Positions 1-8,529 of a stretch of 64,000 bases of DNA are shown one piece after another. Position numbers and translations under genes: made by a program. Below the pieces are notes generated by a model, which saw only the letters and a list, made by a program, of their open reading frames with translations, was not told where the DNA came from and did no database searches. Position 1 is the first letter of the stretch. Every line of letters begins with the position of its first letter. Origin of the DNA: Calditrichales bacterium (GTDB lineage Bacteria > Calditrichota > Calditrichia > Calditrichales > J004); NCBI GenBank assembly GCA_965267575.1, contig OZ254086.1, forward strand, positions 2,368,001 to 2,432,000, in the 5' to 3' direction.

Positions 1-1
1 A

Positions 2-1195
2 TTTTACCTGGATGTGGCGCGGGATATCGTCGATTTTGTTTTGCGTGAAATGAACGATGAGCAGGGCGGTTTCTACAGCAGCCTGGACGCCGACAGCGAA
101 GGCGAGGAAGGCAAATTTTACGTCTGGAGCAAACAGGAAGTGATGGAGGTGCTGGGCGACGAGGCCGGCAAGATCTTTTGCGCCCGCTATGACATCACCG
201 AGGGCGGTAATTTTGAAGGACACAATATACCGCATGTTACGGTTGATCCGGACGATTTGAGCAGGCGTTTTGATATGAGCGAGGGAGAGATCATCCAAAC
301 TCTTAAGGAGAGCAGAAGCAGGCTTTTGCAGGAGCGTGAAAAGCGTGTACGTCCCGGTTTGGATGACAAGGTGATCACATCCTGGAATGGGTTGATGCTT
401 TCCGGGCTGGCGCGGGTACAGCAGGCGGCGCCGGATGAGCGCTACGAAAAAGCGATCCGAAAAAATATCGAATTTGTGCATGACGCCCTGGCTGACGGCG
501 ATGGCCTGCTGCGTACCTGGCGGGAAGGCGAAGCCAAGCAGAGCGCCTTCATTGAAGATTATGCCTTTTGGATTGCAGGACTGCTGGATGCTTACGAAGC
601 GCTGTTTGAAGCTTCCTTTGTGGCAAAGGCAATCGAACTGTGCGGCTATGCCGATACGCATTTTTATGATGATAGCGGCAGTTACTACATGACTTCGGAC
701 AGCCAGGAAGAGCTGTACCAACGCATGCGAGATGAAACTGATGAATCGATTCCGGCAGGCACGGGCGTGATGCTGATGAACCATCTGCGGTTGTATGCTT
801 ACACGGAAGATGCCGCTCACCTGAAAAAGGCTGAGGCGATCCTGAAGCGCTACGCGCAACGGCTGGAAAACAATCCTTATGCGCACGCCAGTTATCTGAA
901 CGGGTTGGATTTTTTCCTGGATAAGGCACTGGAAGTTGTGCTGGTGCAACCGGTAGACAAGGATATGTCCGAGTGGCTGGCGCTGCTAAACCAGCGCTAT
1001 TTGCCCAACCGCGTTTTAAGCTTGTTGCAGGAGGGGAAAGCGCCAAAAGCTTTGAGTGCTTCATTGTTTGAAGGCCGAAAAGCAAAGGACGGGCAGGTTA
1101 CCGCCTTTGTCTGCCGCAATTTTGAATGTAGCCTTCCGGTTACGGAATTGGATGATCTGCAAAAGCTGCTGTCCGAAAAAACCGGAAAAGATTAA
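2..1195 (+). CDS. Thioredoxin domain-containing protein, YyaL/SSP411 (DUF255) family, C-terminal part (5' end outside window)
   Basis: Family motifs GGFYSSLDADSEGEEGKFYVW, RPGLDDKVITSWNGLM, EDYA and C-terminal AFVCRNFECSLP; the frame is open back to the window edge. Confidence 0.9.
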   Translation, partial: FYLDVARDIVDFVLREMNDEQGGFYSSLDADSEGEEGKFYVWSKQEVMEVLGDEAGKIFCARYDITEGGNFEGHNIPHVTVDPDDLSRRFDMSEGEIIQTLKESRSRLLQEREKRVRPGLDDKVITSWNGLMLSGLARVQQAAPDERYEKAIRKNIEFVHDALADGDGLLRTWREGEAKQSAFIEDYAFWIAGLLDAYEALFEASFVAKAIELCGYADTHFYDDSGSYYMTSDSQEELYQRMRDETDESIPAGTGVMLMNHLRLYAYTEDAAHLKKAEAILKRYAQRLENNPYAHASYLNGLDFFLDKALEVVLVQPVDKDMSEWLALLNQRYLPNRVLSLLQEGKAPKALSASLFEGRKAKDGQVTAFVCRNFECSLPVTELDDLQKLLSEKTGKD

Positions 1196-1207
1196 GAGTA
1201 AAGTGGT

Positions 1208-1381
1208 ATGGCCAAAACATTGTGTGATTATAAAAAAAGCGAACTGAAAGCGCACGCCCAAAAAATGCAGAAGCAAAATGAGGGCGAAATTTTAATTTGC
1301 GCAAAATGCGCGCGCGTTGCCGTAGATAAAGAAAATGTGTGCAAACCGCAGAAGTGGAAAAAGGCCGAGAAAAAAGAGTAA
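1208..1381 (+). CDS. Small basic four-Cys protein (57 aa), possible metal-binding; absent from the ORF track
   Basis: ATG1208-TAA1381 translates as MAKTLCDYKKSELKAHAQKMQKQNEGEILICAKCARVAVDKENVCKPQKWKKAEKKE; it starts 12 nt after the upstream stop. Confidence 0.7.
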   Translation: MAKTLCDYKKSELKAHAQKMQKQNEGEILICAKCARVAVDKENVCKPQKWKKAEKKE

Positions 1382-1413
1382 AAAAAAGAAAAAGTTTGTA
1401 TCTTCTACCTATC

Positions 1414-1431
1414 TTGTGCATTAAATCACAT
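1414..1431. promoter_or_regulatory. Putative Rex-type operator
   Basis: TTGTGCATTAAATCACAT fits the TTGTG-N8-CACAA Rex consensus and lies upstream of a respiratory cytochrome operon. Confidence 0.55.
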
Positions 1432-1554
1432 GAAGGTTGCCGCAAGTAATGGCGCCTTGCCGGACATGACGTGAAGCCGCATCTTCACTGGTGTCTCTGA
1501 CAGTCCTCCCAACTAAAATTTAAACCCTGTGTTTGAAAGGGGAGGATACGTCCT

Positions 1555-3012
1555 GTGCGCATACATTTTAAATCTGTCTCGATTCTGATTCTTGTTCTGG
1601 CGGCGATCATCGTGCCGCTGATTATTTTCTTGCCCGCTTCGGATTCCGCCAAAGACGATCCCTGGGCTTATCTGCCGCAAAAATTACCATCCACCGATCA
1701 CAGCGCTTTGATGAAAGGCCCGTATGAAGACGGTCCCGCCGTAACGCGTGCCTGCCTGGAATGCCACAAAGACGCCGGACAGCAAATGCTGCAATCGGCC
1801 CATTTTACGTGGGAGAGCCCGCCCGTGGAGATGGCCGGACACAGCGAGCCGGTGGTACTCGGAAAAAAATACGCCGTTAACAACTTTTGTATTGGCATTA
1901 GCAGTAACTGGCCTGCCTGTACCTCTTGCCATGCCGGCTATGGCTGGGAAGACGACAGCTACGATTTTTCTAAAGTGGAGCATGTGGATTGCCTGGTTTG
2001 CCATGACAACAGCGGCGCTTATGTCAAAACCATCTCCGGGCAGCCTTCTCCGGATGTGGATTTGGTGGAGGTGGCGCAAAGCGTTGGCGGTCCTTCACGA
2101 AATAATTGCGGCACCTGCCATTTCCGGGGTGGCGGCGGCAACGCCGTAAAACACGGTGACCTGGACGAGACGTTATACTATCCGCCGGAAAGCGTGGATG
2201 TACACATGGGTAAGCATGACTTTTTATGCACCGATTGTCATCAGACCCAAAACCACGAGATGAAAGGCCGAGCCATCTCGGTAAGCGCCGATGACGCCAA
2301 CCAGGTCTATTGCACCGATTGCCACAGCGAAAATCTGCATAAAGACGAACGCATCAACGCCCATGTGGCCAGCGTGGCCTGCCAGACCTGTCATATACCG
2401 CTGGGCGCTGTTAAAGAAGCCACCAAGATGCATTGGGACTGGTCTGCCGCCGGGCAGGATATTCCCGAGGACCCGCACCATTACCTGAAGAAAAAGGGCA
2501 AGTTCGAATACGAGAAAAAATTTGTGCCGGAGTACTACTGGTACAACGGCCGGGCTGAGCATTACGTGATGGGTGATAAGATTAACACGGAAGGTGTTAC
2601 CGCGATAAACCGTCCGCGGGGTGGCATCAACGATCCCGGCGCCAGGATCTGGCCGTTTAAGGTACACCGCGCCACGCAGATTTATGACGTTCACTACCAA
2701 TACCTGCTGCAGCCCAAAACATACGGTGAAGAAGGCTACTGGACCGATTTCGACTGGGACAAGGCCGTGCGGCTGGGATCGGAGGCTGTAGGCATGGAAT
2801 ACTCCGGTGAGTACGGCTTTACCGAAACAATCATGTTCTGGCCGACGACGCATATGGTGGCGCCAACGGAAAGCGCCCTGCAGTGCGCCGATTGCCACGG
2901 CGAAAACGGCGCCAAACGGATGGACTGGCAGGCGCTGGGTTACGACGGGGATCCGCTGCATTACGGCGGCCGCGCGCAGAACCGGCGCATGACGCTTAAT
3001 GAGGAGAAGTGA
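1555..3012 (+). CDS. otr: Octaheme c-type cytochrome, tetrathionate reductase (Otr) family
   Basis: Eight CxxCH motifs (CLECH, CTSCH, CLVCH, CGTCH, CTDCH x2, CQTCH, CADCH); GKKxxxNNFC segment, GGGGNAVKHGDLD, WDWS; N-terminal hydrophobic anchor; GGAGG RBS before GTG. Confidence 0.92.
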   Translation: MRIHFKSVSILILVLAAIIVPLIIFLPASDSAKDDPWAYLPQKLPSTDHSALMKGPYEDGPAVTRACLECHKDAGQQMLQSAHFTWESPPVEMAGHSEPVVLGKKYAVNNFCIGISSNWPACTSCHAGYGWEDDSYDFSKVEHVDCLVCHDNSGAYVKTISGQPSPDVDLVEVAQSVGGPSRNNCGTCHFRGGGGNAVKHGDLDETLYYPPESVDVHMGKHDFLCTDCHQTQNHEMKGRAISVSADDANQVYCTDCHSENLHKDERINAHVASVACQTCHIPLGAVKEATKMHWDWSAAGQDIPEDPHHYLKKKGKFEYEKKFVPEYYWYNGRAEHYVMGDKINTEGVTAINRPRGGINDPGARIWPFKVHRATQIYDVHYQYLLQPKTYGEEGYWTDFDWDKAVRLGSEAVGMEYSGEYGFTETIMFWPTTHMVAPTESALQCADCHGENGAKRMDWQALGYDGDPLHYGGRAQNRRMTLNEEK

Positions 3013-3013
3013 C

Positions 3014-5704
3014 ATGAAGTTATGGAAGACATCAAGCATGATTGTTTTGCTGGCCGCGGTCACGATCGCTCAAACACCAAACCGTTCCATTCACCCGGAT
3101 TTCAAGCTTCTGGATGAAGACAGTGTTAGTGTGCTGCAATCGGGCAAAGCGCTTTCTCTGATGAAGACTTGCGGCACTTGCCACGACACCGGGTACATCA
3201 CCGGGCATAGCTTTCACGCTGATGTGGGATTAAGTGAGTGGGGCGCTGTGCAAGACACGGCGAATGCCGCGCGGCCCTGGGATAAAAGTCCGGGCTGGTA
3301 CGGCAAATGGAATCCGCTGGTGTATGAAAGTCTGAGCGCTGCGCAAAACAATCATCCCCAGCTGGGGACGGCCGACTGGATAAAAATGTGGGGCGTACGG
3401 CACGTGGGCGGCGGCCCGGCGGAACGGAGCCGTGACGGCATGACGCTGGACGAGAAATCATACAGCGCGGACGACGCGGAAATGAACAGCGTTGACGCCG
3501 ATGGCCAATGGCAGCGCTGGGACTGGCAAAAATCGGGTACGGTGGAGATGAACTGCCTGCTATGCCACGTCACCTCGCCCAACAATCAAAAACGCATAGA
3601 AGCGCTGAGGGAAGGCAACTTTGAGTGGGCCTCCACAGCGACGCTTTCAGGCAGCGGCATTGTACAGGAAACCGCCTCAGGCTGGAAATGGAACAGCCAG
3701 GCTTTTGAAGAAAACGGCAATGTGAAAAGCGCGCTGCTTACCCCGCAGGATCCCGGCAATGACAACTGCGCCCAATGCCACGGGCTCGTGCACAGCGCAA
3801 AAAATGAGCCGCTGATCGGCGCAAAGTGTGAACCGACCCATTGGAGCACGATCACGACGGGACAGGTTGTGTCGGGGCAGCGCATTAAGGACAGCGGTGT
3901 AAATCTGGCCGGAAAACAGGAGCTTTCGCGCAGCTGGGATATCCACGCCGAGCGGCTGGTGGAATGCGTTGATTGCCACTTTTCACTGAACAATCCTGTG
4001 TACTACCGTGAATCTGATGCCACGCGCCCGGAGCATTTGAAGTTTGATGCCCGACGGCTTGATATTGATGACTACCTTTTGCGCCCGAACCATCAATTCG
4101 CCAAGGGCCAAAGCACACAGGGCAGCCTGGCCAAGCAAAACGACGCCAGCATGCGCCGCTGCGAATCATGCCACGATGCGACGGTGACGCACGACTGGCT
4201 GCCATATAAGGAAAGACACTTTAACGCCATCGCCTGCGAAAGCTGCCACATCCCCAAACTTTATTCTCCGGCAAAGCAGAACGTGGACTGGACGGTGCTG
4301 ACCGCCACCGGGGAGCCGGCGAGTGAATGCCGCGGTGCCGATGGTGATCCCGCCGATGTGCGCACGCTGATTGAGGGTTATGAGCCATTGCTGTTGGCAC
4401 GCAGGGAGCTGGACGGCCGTGTACGCATCACGCCGTATAATCTTGTTTCGGCCTGGTATTGGGTGCATGGCGATCCCGCGCAGCCGCTGCCCAAACGCGA
4501 TCTGGAAACAGTTTACCTCGAAGAAGGAAGCTATCGCGCGGAGATACTCACCCTGCTGGATGACAATGGTAACGGCACGCTGGAAAAAGAAGAACTGCGT
4601 CTTGAAACCGCAGAAGAGGTTGATTATATCGCCGCCATGCTGCGTTCTATCGGTTTGGAGAATCCGCGTATTGCCGGGGAAATAACGCCCTATGGCATCC
4701 ATCATAATGTGACGAGCGGTGACTGGGCCAACCGCGATTGCGCCACATGCCACAGCAAGGATTCGCGCATGGACCAGCCGATGGTGGTAGCCAACCATGT
4801 GCCGCCCGGCGCAGAGGCGACAATCTACTGGGCACAGAATATAGAGCTTACCGGAGGTCTGGAACGCGACGCTGAAGGGCGATTAATTTACCGGCCAAAT
4901 CCCCGCGAGCAGGGCCTGTACGTGCTGGGCAATGATGCCGAGCGCTGGATAAACCGTGCCGGGGCCGGCTTTCTTTTGATAGTTTTGTTCGGAGCGATCA
5001 CCCACGGTGTCTTGCGGATAATTGCTTCCCGGCGCCGCCCACAAAACCTGTCGATCAACGAAACGCAAAAGGTGTATATGTACCGTGCCTATGAGCGTTT
5101 CTGGCACTGGCTGCAGGCGCTGGCCATCATTGGGTTGATTTTTACCGGCCTGGCCGTGCACGCGCCCGACACATATGGTTTTGTGGATTTTAACCTGGCG
5201 GTACAAATTCATAATGTGCTGGGTTTTGTTTTGCTGGCCAATGCCTTTTTGGCCGCGTTTCATCATTTTACAAGCGGCACAATCAAACAGTTTATACCCG
5301 AGCCGCGCGGATTTTTCAGCCAGGCCATCGAGCAGACGCTGTTTTACCTGGGCGGCATTTTCCGCGGCGAGAAACACCCTTTCGAGAAAGAGCCGCGCAA
5401 AAAGCTCAACCCGCTGCAAAAGATCACCTACCTGATCATCCTGAACATCCTGCTGCCGCTGCAGATTGTAAGCGGCGTGCTGATATGGGGCGCGCAACGC
5501 TGGCCGGAGATTTCTTCTGCGCTGGGCGGATTGCCTTTTCTGGTGCCGCTGCATTCGCTGGTGGCCTGGCTGTTTGCGTCCTTTTTGATTTTGCATATCT
5601 ATCTCACTACCACCGGCCACACGGTCTTCTCCAACCTGAAGGCGATGATTGTCGGCTGGGAAAAAATTGAAAAAACTCCCGCAACAGAGGAGAAATCGAA
5701 ATGA
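3014..5704 (+). CDS. Heptaheme Otr-like cytochrome c fused to a C-terminal membrane cytochrome b (Ni/Fe-hydrogenase/FdnI b-type)
   Basis: Signal peptide MKLWKTSSMIVLLAAVTIA after GAGGAG; seven CxxCH; EF-hand-like DDNGNGTLEKEE; C-terminal TM domain with ERFWHW, QIHN, NPLQKITY, PLHS and LHIYL. Confidence 0.85.
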   Translation: MKLWKTSSMIVLLAAVTIAQTPNRSIHPDFKLLDEDSVSVLQSGKALSLMKTCGTCHDTGYITGHSFHADVGLSEWGAVQDTANAARPWDKSPGWYGKWNPLVYESLSAAQNNHPQLGTADWIKMWGVRHVGGGPAERSRDGMTLDEKSYSADDAEMNSVDADGQWQRWDWQKSGTVEMNCLLCHVTSPNNQKRIEALREGNFEWASTATLSGSGIVQETASGWKWNSQAFEENGNVKSALLTPQDPGNDNCAQCHGLVHSAKNEPLIGAKCEPTHWSTITTGQVVSGQRIKDSGVNLAGKQELSRSWDIHAERLVECVDCHFSLNNPVYYRESDATRPEHLKFDARRLDIDDYLLRPNHQFAKGQSTQGSLAKQNDASMRRCESCHDATVTHDWLPYKERHFNAIACESCHIPKLYSPAKQNVDWTVLTATGEPASECRGADGDPADVRTLIEGYEPLLLARRELDGRVRITPYNLVSAWYWVHGDPAQPLPKRDLETVYLEEGSYRAEILTLLDDNGNGTLEKEELRLETAEEVDYIAAMLRSIGLENPRIAGEITPYGIHHNVTSGDWANRDCATCHSKDSRMDQPMVVANHVPPGAEATIYWAQNIELTGGLERDAEGRLIYRPNPREQGLYVLGNDAERWINRAGAGFLLIVLFGAITHGVLRIIASRRRPQNLSINETQKVYMYRAYERFWHWLQALAIIGLIFTGLAVHAPDTYGFVDFNLAVQIHNVLGFVLLANAFLAAFHHFTSGTIKQFIPEPRGFFSQAIEQTLFYLGGIFRGEKHPFEKEPRKKLNPLQKITYLIILNILLPLQIVSGVLIWGAQRWPEISSALGGLPFLVPLHSLVAWLFASFLILHIYLTTTGHTVFSNLKAMIVGWEKIEKTPATEEKSK

Positions 5705-6228
5705 GTAAAGACATGAAAAAAGCGAAACCGTTTATCAATCCCTATCTGGCCGGCTTTCTGCTGGGCTTGGTGCTGTTTCTGTCGTTTTTTATAACCGGCA
5801 GCGGCCTGGGCGCATCCGGCGGCATGAACCGCGTTCTGGTCTTTTTTGAAGATTTGCTGGTGCCGGCGCATGTGGATCAAACGTCATACCTGCTGCAAAT
5901 GGCCGGCGGTGATAAAAACCCTCTGGCGCACTGGATTGTTTTCCTCACTGCCGGCACGCTCATCGGCGGCTTTTTATCGGGCTGGTTTAACGGCCGCCTT
6001 AAATGGGAAACCATCAAAGGTCCCAATATCTCGGTGAAGTCGCGCTGGATACTGGCTTTTGCCGGCGGCATCCTGATGGGCTATGGCGCGCGTATGGCCC
6101 GCGGTTGCACATCCGGCCAGGCGCTTTCCGGCGGAGCGGTGCTTTCCGTGGGCAGCTGGGCATTTATGTTTGCCGTGTTTATCGGCGCCTACGCGCTGGC
6201 ATATTTCCTGCGCAAAGCATGGAATTGA
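5701..6228 (+). CDS. YeeE/YedE-family sulfur compound transporter, half-size subunit (GCTSG type)
   Basis: NPYLAG, GLGASGG, GGILMGYGARMARGCTSGQ; four or more TM segments; 4-nt overlap with the upstream stop. Confidence 0.88.
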   Translation: MSKDMKKAKPFINPYLAGFLLGLVLFLSFFITGSGLGASGGMNRVLVFFEDLLVPAHVDQTSYLLQMAGGDKNPLAHWIVFLTAGTLIGGFLSGWFNGRLKWETIKGPNISVKSRWILAFAGGILMGYGARMARGCTSGQALSGGAVLSVGSWAFMFAVFIGAYALAYFLRKAWN

Positions 6229-6384
6229 ACGAAACAGGGGAAAGACCCTGTAGGCGTATGGGCGATGCAGTATTAGGACAACGAGGCGTTTTGAGCAAAC
6301 AAAATACTGATAATGCATCGCACCTACAGTAAATCCCCCAAAAGACACAAAGAAGATCATGAGTAAGATCATGATCGAGATCAA

Positions 6385-6497
6385 GAAGACTTCAAGACCC
6401 CGAGACTTCAAGACATTGGGGCAAGATTTGATAATGATAACGAGAATGAAAAAGATAAAGAACAATAACACTTTAACACTTTAGCACATTAAAACAC
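6385..6497. repeat. Dispersed degenerate repeat, family A (8-bp AACACTTT periodic module), copy 1
   Basis: aagacttcaagac...ttgataatga...gagaatgaaaa...aacactttaacactttagcac; reverse-complement matches at about 8540-8632 and 19172-19230. Confidence 0.7.
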
Positions 6498-6498
6498 T

Positions 6499-7731
6499 AT
6501 GGCACCTTTTCAATTAGAACAAATTCTCGGCACCTGGGGCGCTTATGCCGTTTACCTGCTGGTAGGCGTGGGCTTTGGCGCTGTGCTGGAGATGGCCGGG
6601 TTTGCCAATACGCGCAAACTGGCCGCGCAATTTTACTTTAAAGATCTCACCGTTCTTAAGGTGATGTTTACGGCGATTATTACGGCCATGACGTTGATAT
6701 TCCTGTTTTCGGCGATGGGCATGCTGGATTACACGCAAATCTGGGTAAATCCAACTTACCTTTGGCCGGGGATTGTCGGCGGGCTGATCATGGGCTTCGG
6801 GTTTATCGTCGGTGGTTTTTGCCCGGGCACCTCGCTGGTGGCGCTTTCCACGCTGAAAGTGGACGGCATGTTTTTCACGCTGGGCGCGCTGGTAGGTATT
6901 TTCATTTTTGGTGAAACGGTCGGCCTTTACGACGGCTTCTGGAACAGCTCCTACCTGGGCCGCTTTACGCTGCCGGAATGGCTGGGGCTGGATACGGGAC
7001 TCGTCGTAATCCTGGTTCTGCTGATGGCCTTTTTTATGTTCTGGGGCGGTGAAAAACTGGAACAGATTTTTGGTGATAAAGATAACTCCAAAGCGCCGAA
7101 ACTGCGTTATGCCGGTGCCGGCGCTCTGCTGCTGGCCGGGGTTTTAACGCTCGGCCTGGGGCAGCCCACATCGATGGATAAGTGGGAGCGCGTGGCATCC
7201 GTCAAAGAGCCGCTTTTGACCGAACGCCAGGTGCAGATTCATCCCGGCGAGTTGGCGCAGCTTATGGACGACGACCAGATCAATCTGCTGATGCTGGACC
7301 TGCGCAAAGAGGCTGAATACAACATTTTTCACCTTCAGGATGCCCGGAGGGTGGAGCCGGAGCGGTTGGACAAGATGGTGCCGGAACTGCTGGAGCAACC
7401 GGCCAACACGGTCATCGTTTTAATAGACAACGATGAACAGCCAGCCACCGATGCCTGGAAAACATTGACCGCCGAACGCGTCATCAATTTATACCTGCTG
7501 GAAGGGGGCATAAACAACTGGCTTGATGTATTTGGCCATTATGGTCACGAGCAGTGCCCGCCGGCCGCCCAGGCCGACAGTAGCCAATTGCGGCACCTTT
7601 TCCAAATGGCCGGCGGCTCCGCGGACCCTGCCTCTGAGCCCGATTATGAATTGGTGAAGGATACCGTTACCTTTACTTCCAAAGTAAAATTGCAGGCACG
7701 CAGAGCCGGTAAAAAGGGCGGCTGCGGTTGA
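6499..7731 (+). CDS. YeeE/YedE-family subunit (CPG type) fused to a rhodanese-like domain with C-terminal GGCG
   Basis: GFGAVLEMAGF, VLKVMF, GGFCPGTS; rhodanese motifs LDLRKEAEYNIFHLQDA and LLEGGINNW; ends KKGGCG. Confidence 0.85.
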   Translation: MAPFQLEQILGTWGAYAVYLLVGVGFGAVLEMAGFANTRKLAAQFYFKDLTVLKVMFTAIITAMTLIFLFSAMGMLDYTQIWVNPTYLWPGIVGGLIMGFGFIVGGFCPGTSLVALSTLKVDGMFFTLGALVGIFIFGETVGLYDGFWNSSYLGRFTLPEWLGLDTGLVVILVLLMAFFMFWGGEKLEQIFGDKDNSKAPKLRYAGAGALLLAGVLTLGLGQPTSMDKWERVASVKEPLLTERQVQIHPGELAQLMDDDQINLLMLDLRKEAEYNIFHLQDARRVEPERLDKMVPELLEQPANTVIVLIDNDEQPATDAWKTLTAERVINLYLLEGGINNWLDVFGHYGHEQCPPAAQADSSQLRHLFQMAGGSADPASEPDYELVKDTVTFTSKVKLQARRAGKKGGCG

Positions 7732-7755
7732 CAGGCAAAAAGGAAAGGTTCACCC

Positions 7756-8529
7756 ATGCAGGATCGAGCGATTTACAAAAATATGGCCGGAAAAACGGCG
7801 GTGGTCACCGGAGCCACCAGTCCCATGGGCCGCGCCACCTGTCGGGCCTTTGCCGCCAACGCGGTAAAACTGGTTATTAACGCGCGCACGCAAGCAAAGC
7901 TGAACGACCTGGCACAGACGCTGCGCGAAGAGGGCGCCGAGGTGTTGGCTAGTGCGGCAGATTGCGCCACGGATGAGGGCGTAACATTGCTGCGCAAGCA
8001 AACGCAACGCGCTTTCGGTACAGCGGATTACCTGCTGGCTTTTGCCGGTGGCGGGCAGGTTTCGAAGGCTGCCTTAGAGGAGATCAGCGAAGAGGAGTGG
8101 CAGGCCAACCTGGACGGGCATTTGACCGCTACCTGGCGCACGCTAAAGGCCTTTTTGCCGGACATGCGCGCACAAAAAAGCGGGGTGATCGTCACAATGG
8201 CTTCGGCCGGGGCACGGGTGTTTACCGGCGCGCCAACGGCTTACGTGGCATCCAAGGCGGGTATAATGAGCTTAACACGCCAACTGGCCCGGGAAGCCGG
8301 CGCCGCTGGTATTCGCGTTAATTGCCTGGCCCCGGCTTCCATTATGACGGACGAAATGGAAAACGGCTTACCGAAGGAACGCGCGGCGCAGCTGCGCGAG
8401 CTATTCCCCCTGGGACGCATTGGTCGCCCGGAAGATGTGGCCGGTGCGGCATTGTTTCTCTGCTCGGACAGCGCCTCGTGGATAAGCGGCGTTACGCTGG
8501 ATATTGCCGGCGGGATGGTCATGCTTTAA
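7756..8529 (+). CDS. Short-chain dehydrogenase/reductase (FabG-like SDR)
   Basis: VVTGATSPMG, YVASK (YxxxK), GIRVNCLAP, PLGRIGRPEDVA. Confidence 0.9.
   Translation: MQDRAIYKNMAGKTAVVTGATSPMGRATCRAFAANAVKLVINARTQAKLNDLAQTLREEGAEVLASAADCATDEGVTLLRKQTQRAFGTADYLLAFAGGGQVSKAALEEISEEEWQANLDGHLTATWRTLKAFLPDMRAQKSGVIVTMASAGARVFTGAPTAYVASKAGIMSLTRQLAREAGAAGIRVNCLAPASIMTDEMENGLPKERAAQLRELFPLGRIGRPEDVAGAALFLCSDSASWISGVTLDIAGGMVML

Noticed and set aside
1432..1554. Resemblance of CCTCCC...GAAAGGGGAG to the 3' end of the Moco RNA motif
   Set aside because: The other conserved Moco elements are not recognisable and the operon encodes no molybdo-enzyme; kept only as a generic structured leader
2224..3063. 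279-aa antisense ORF
   Set aside because: Shadow of otr on the opposite strand
5974..6471. 165-aa minus-strand ORF, and a short plus-strand frame, across the YeeE spacer
   Set aside because: Overlaps a real gene antisense and runs through low-complexity repeats; no protein-like features
7729..7756. The TGA after GGCG is in frame with the downstream SDR, suggesting selenocysteine or readthrough fusion
   Set aside because: No SECIS-like hairpin follows the TGA (the sequence is A-rich), the SDR has its own RBS (AGGAAAGG), and the frame match has a 1-in-3 chance
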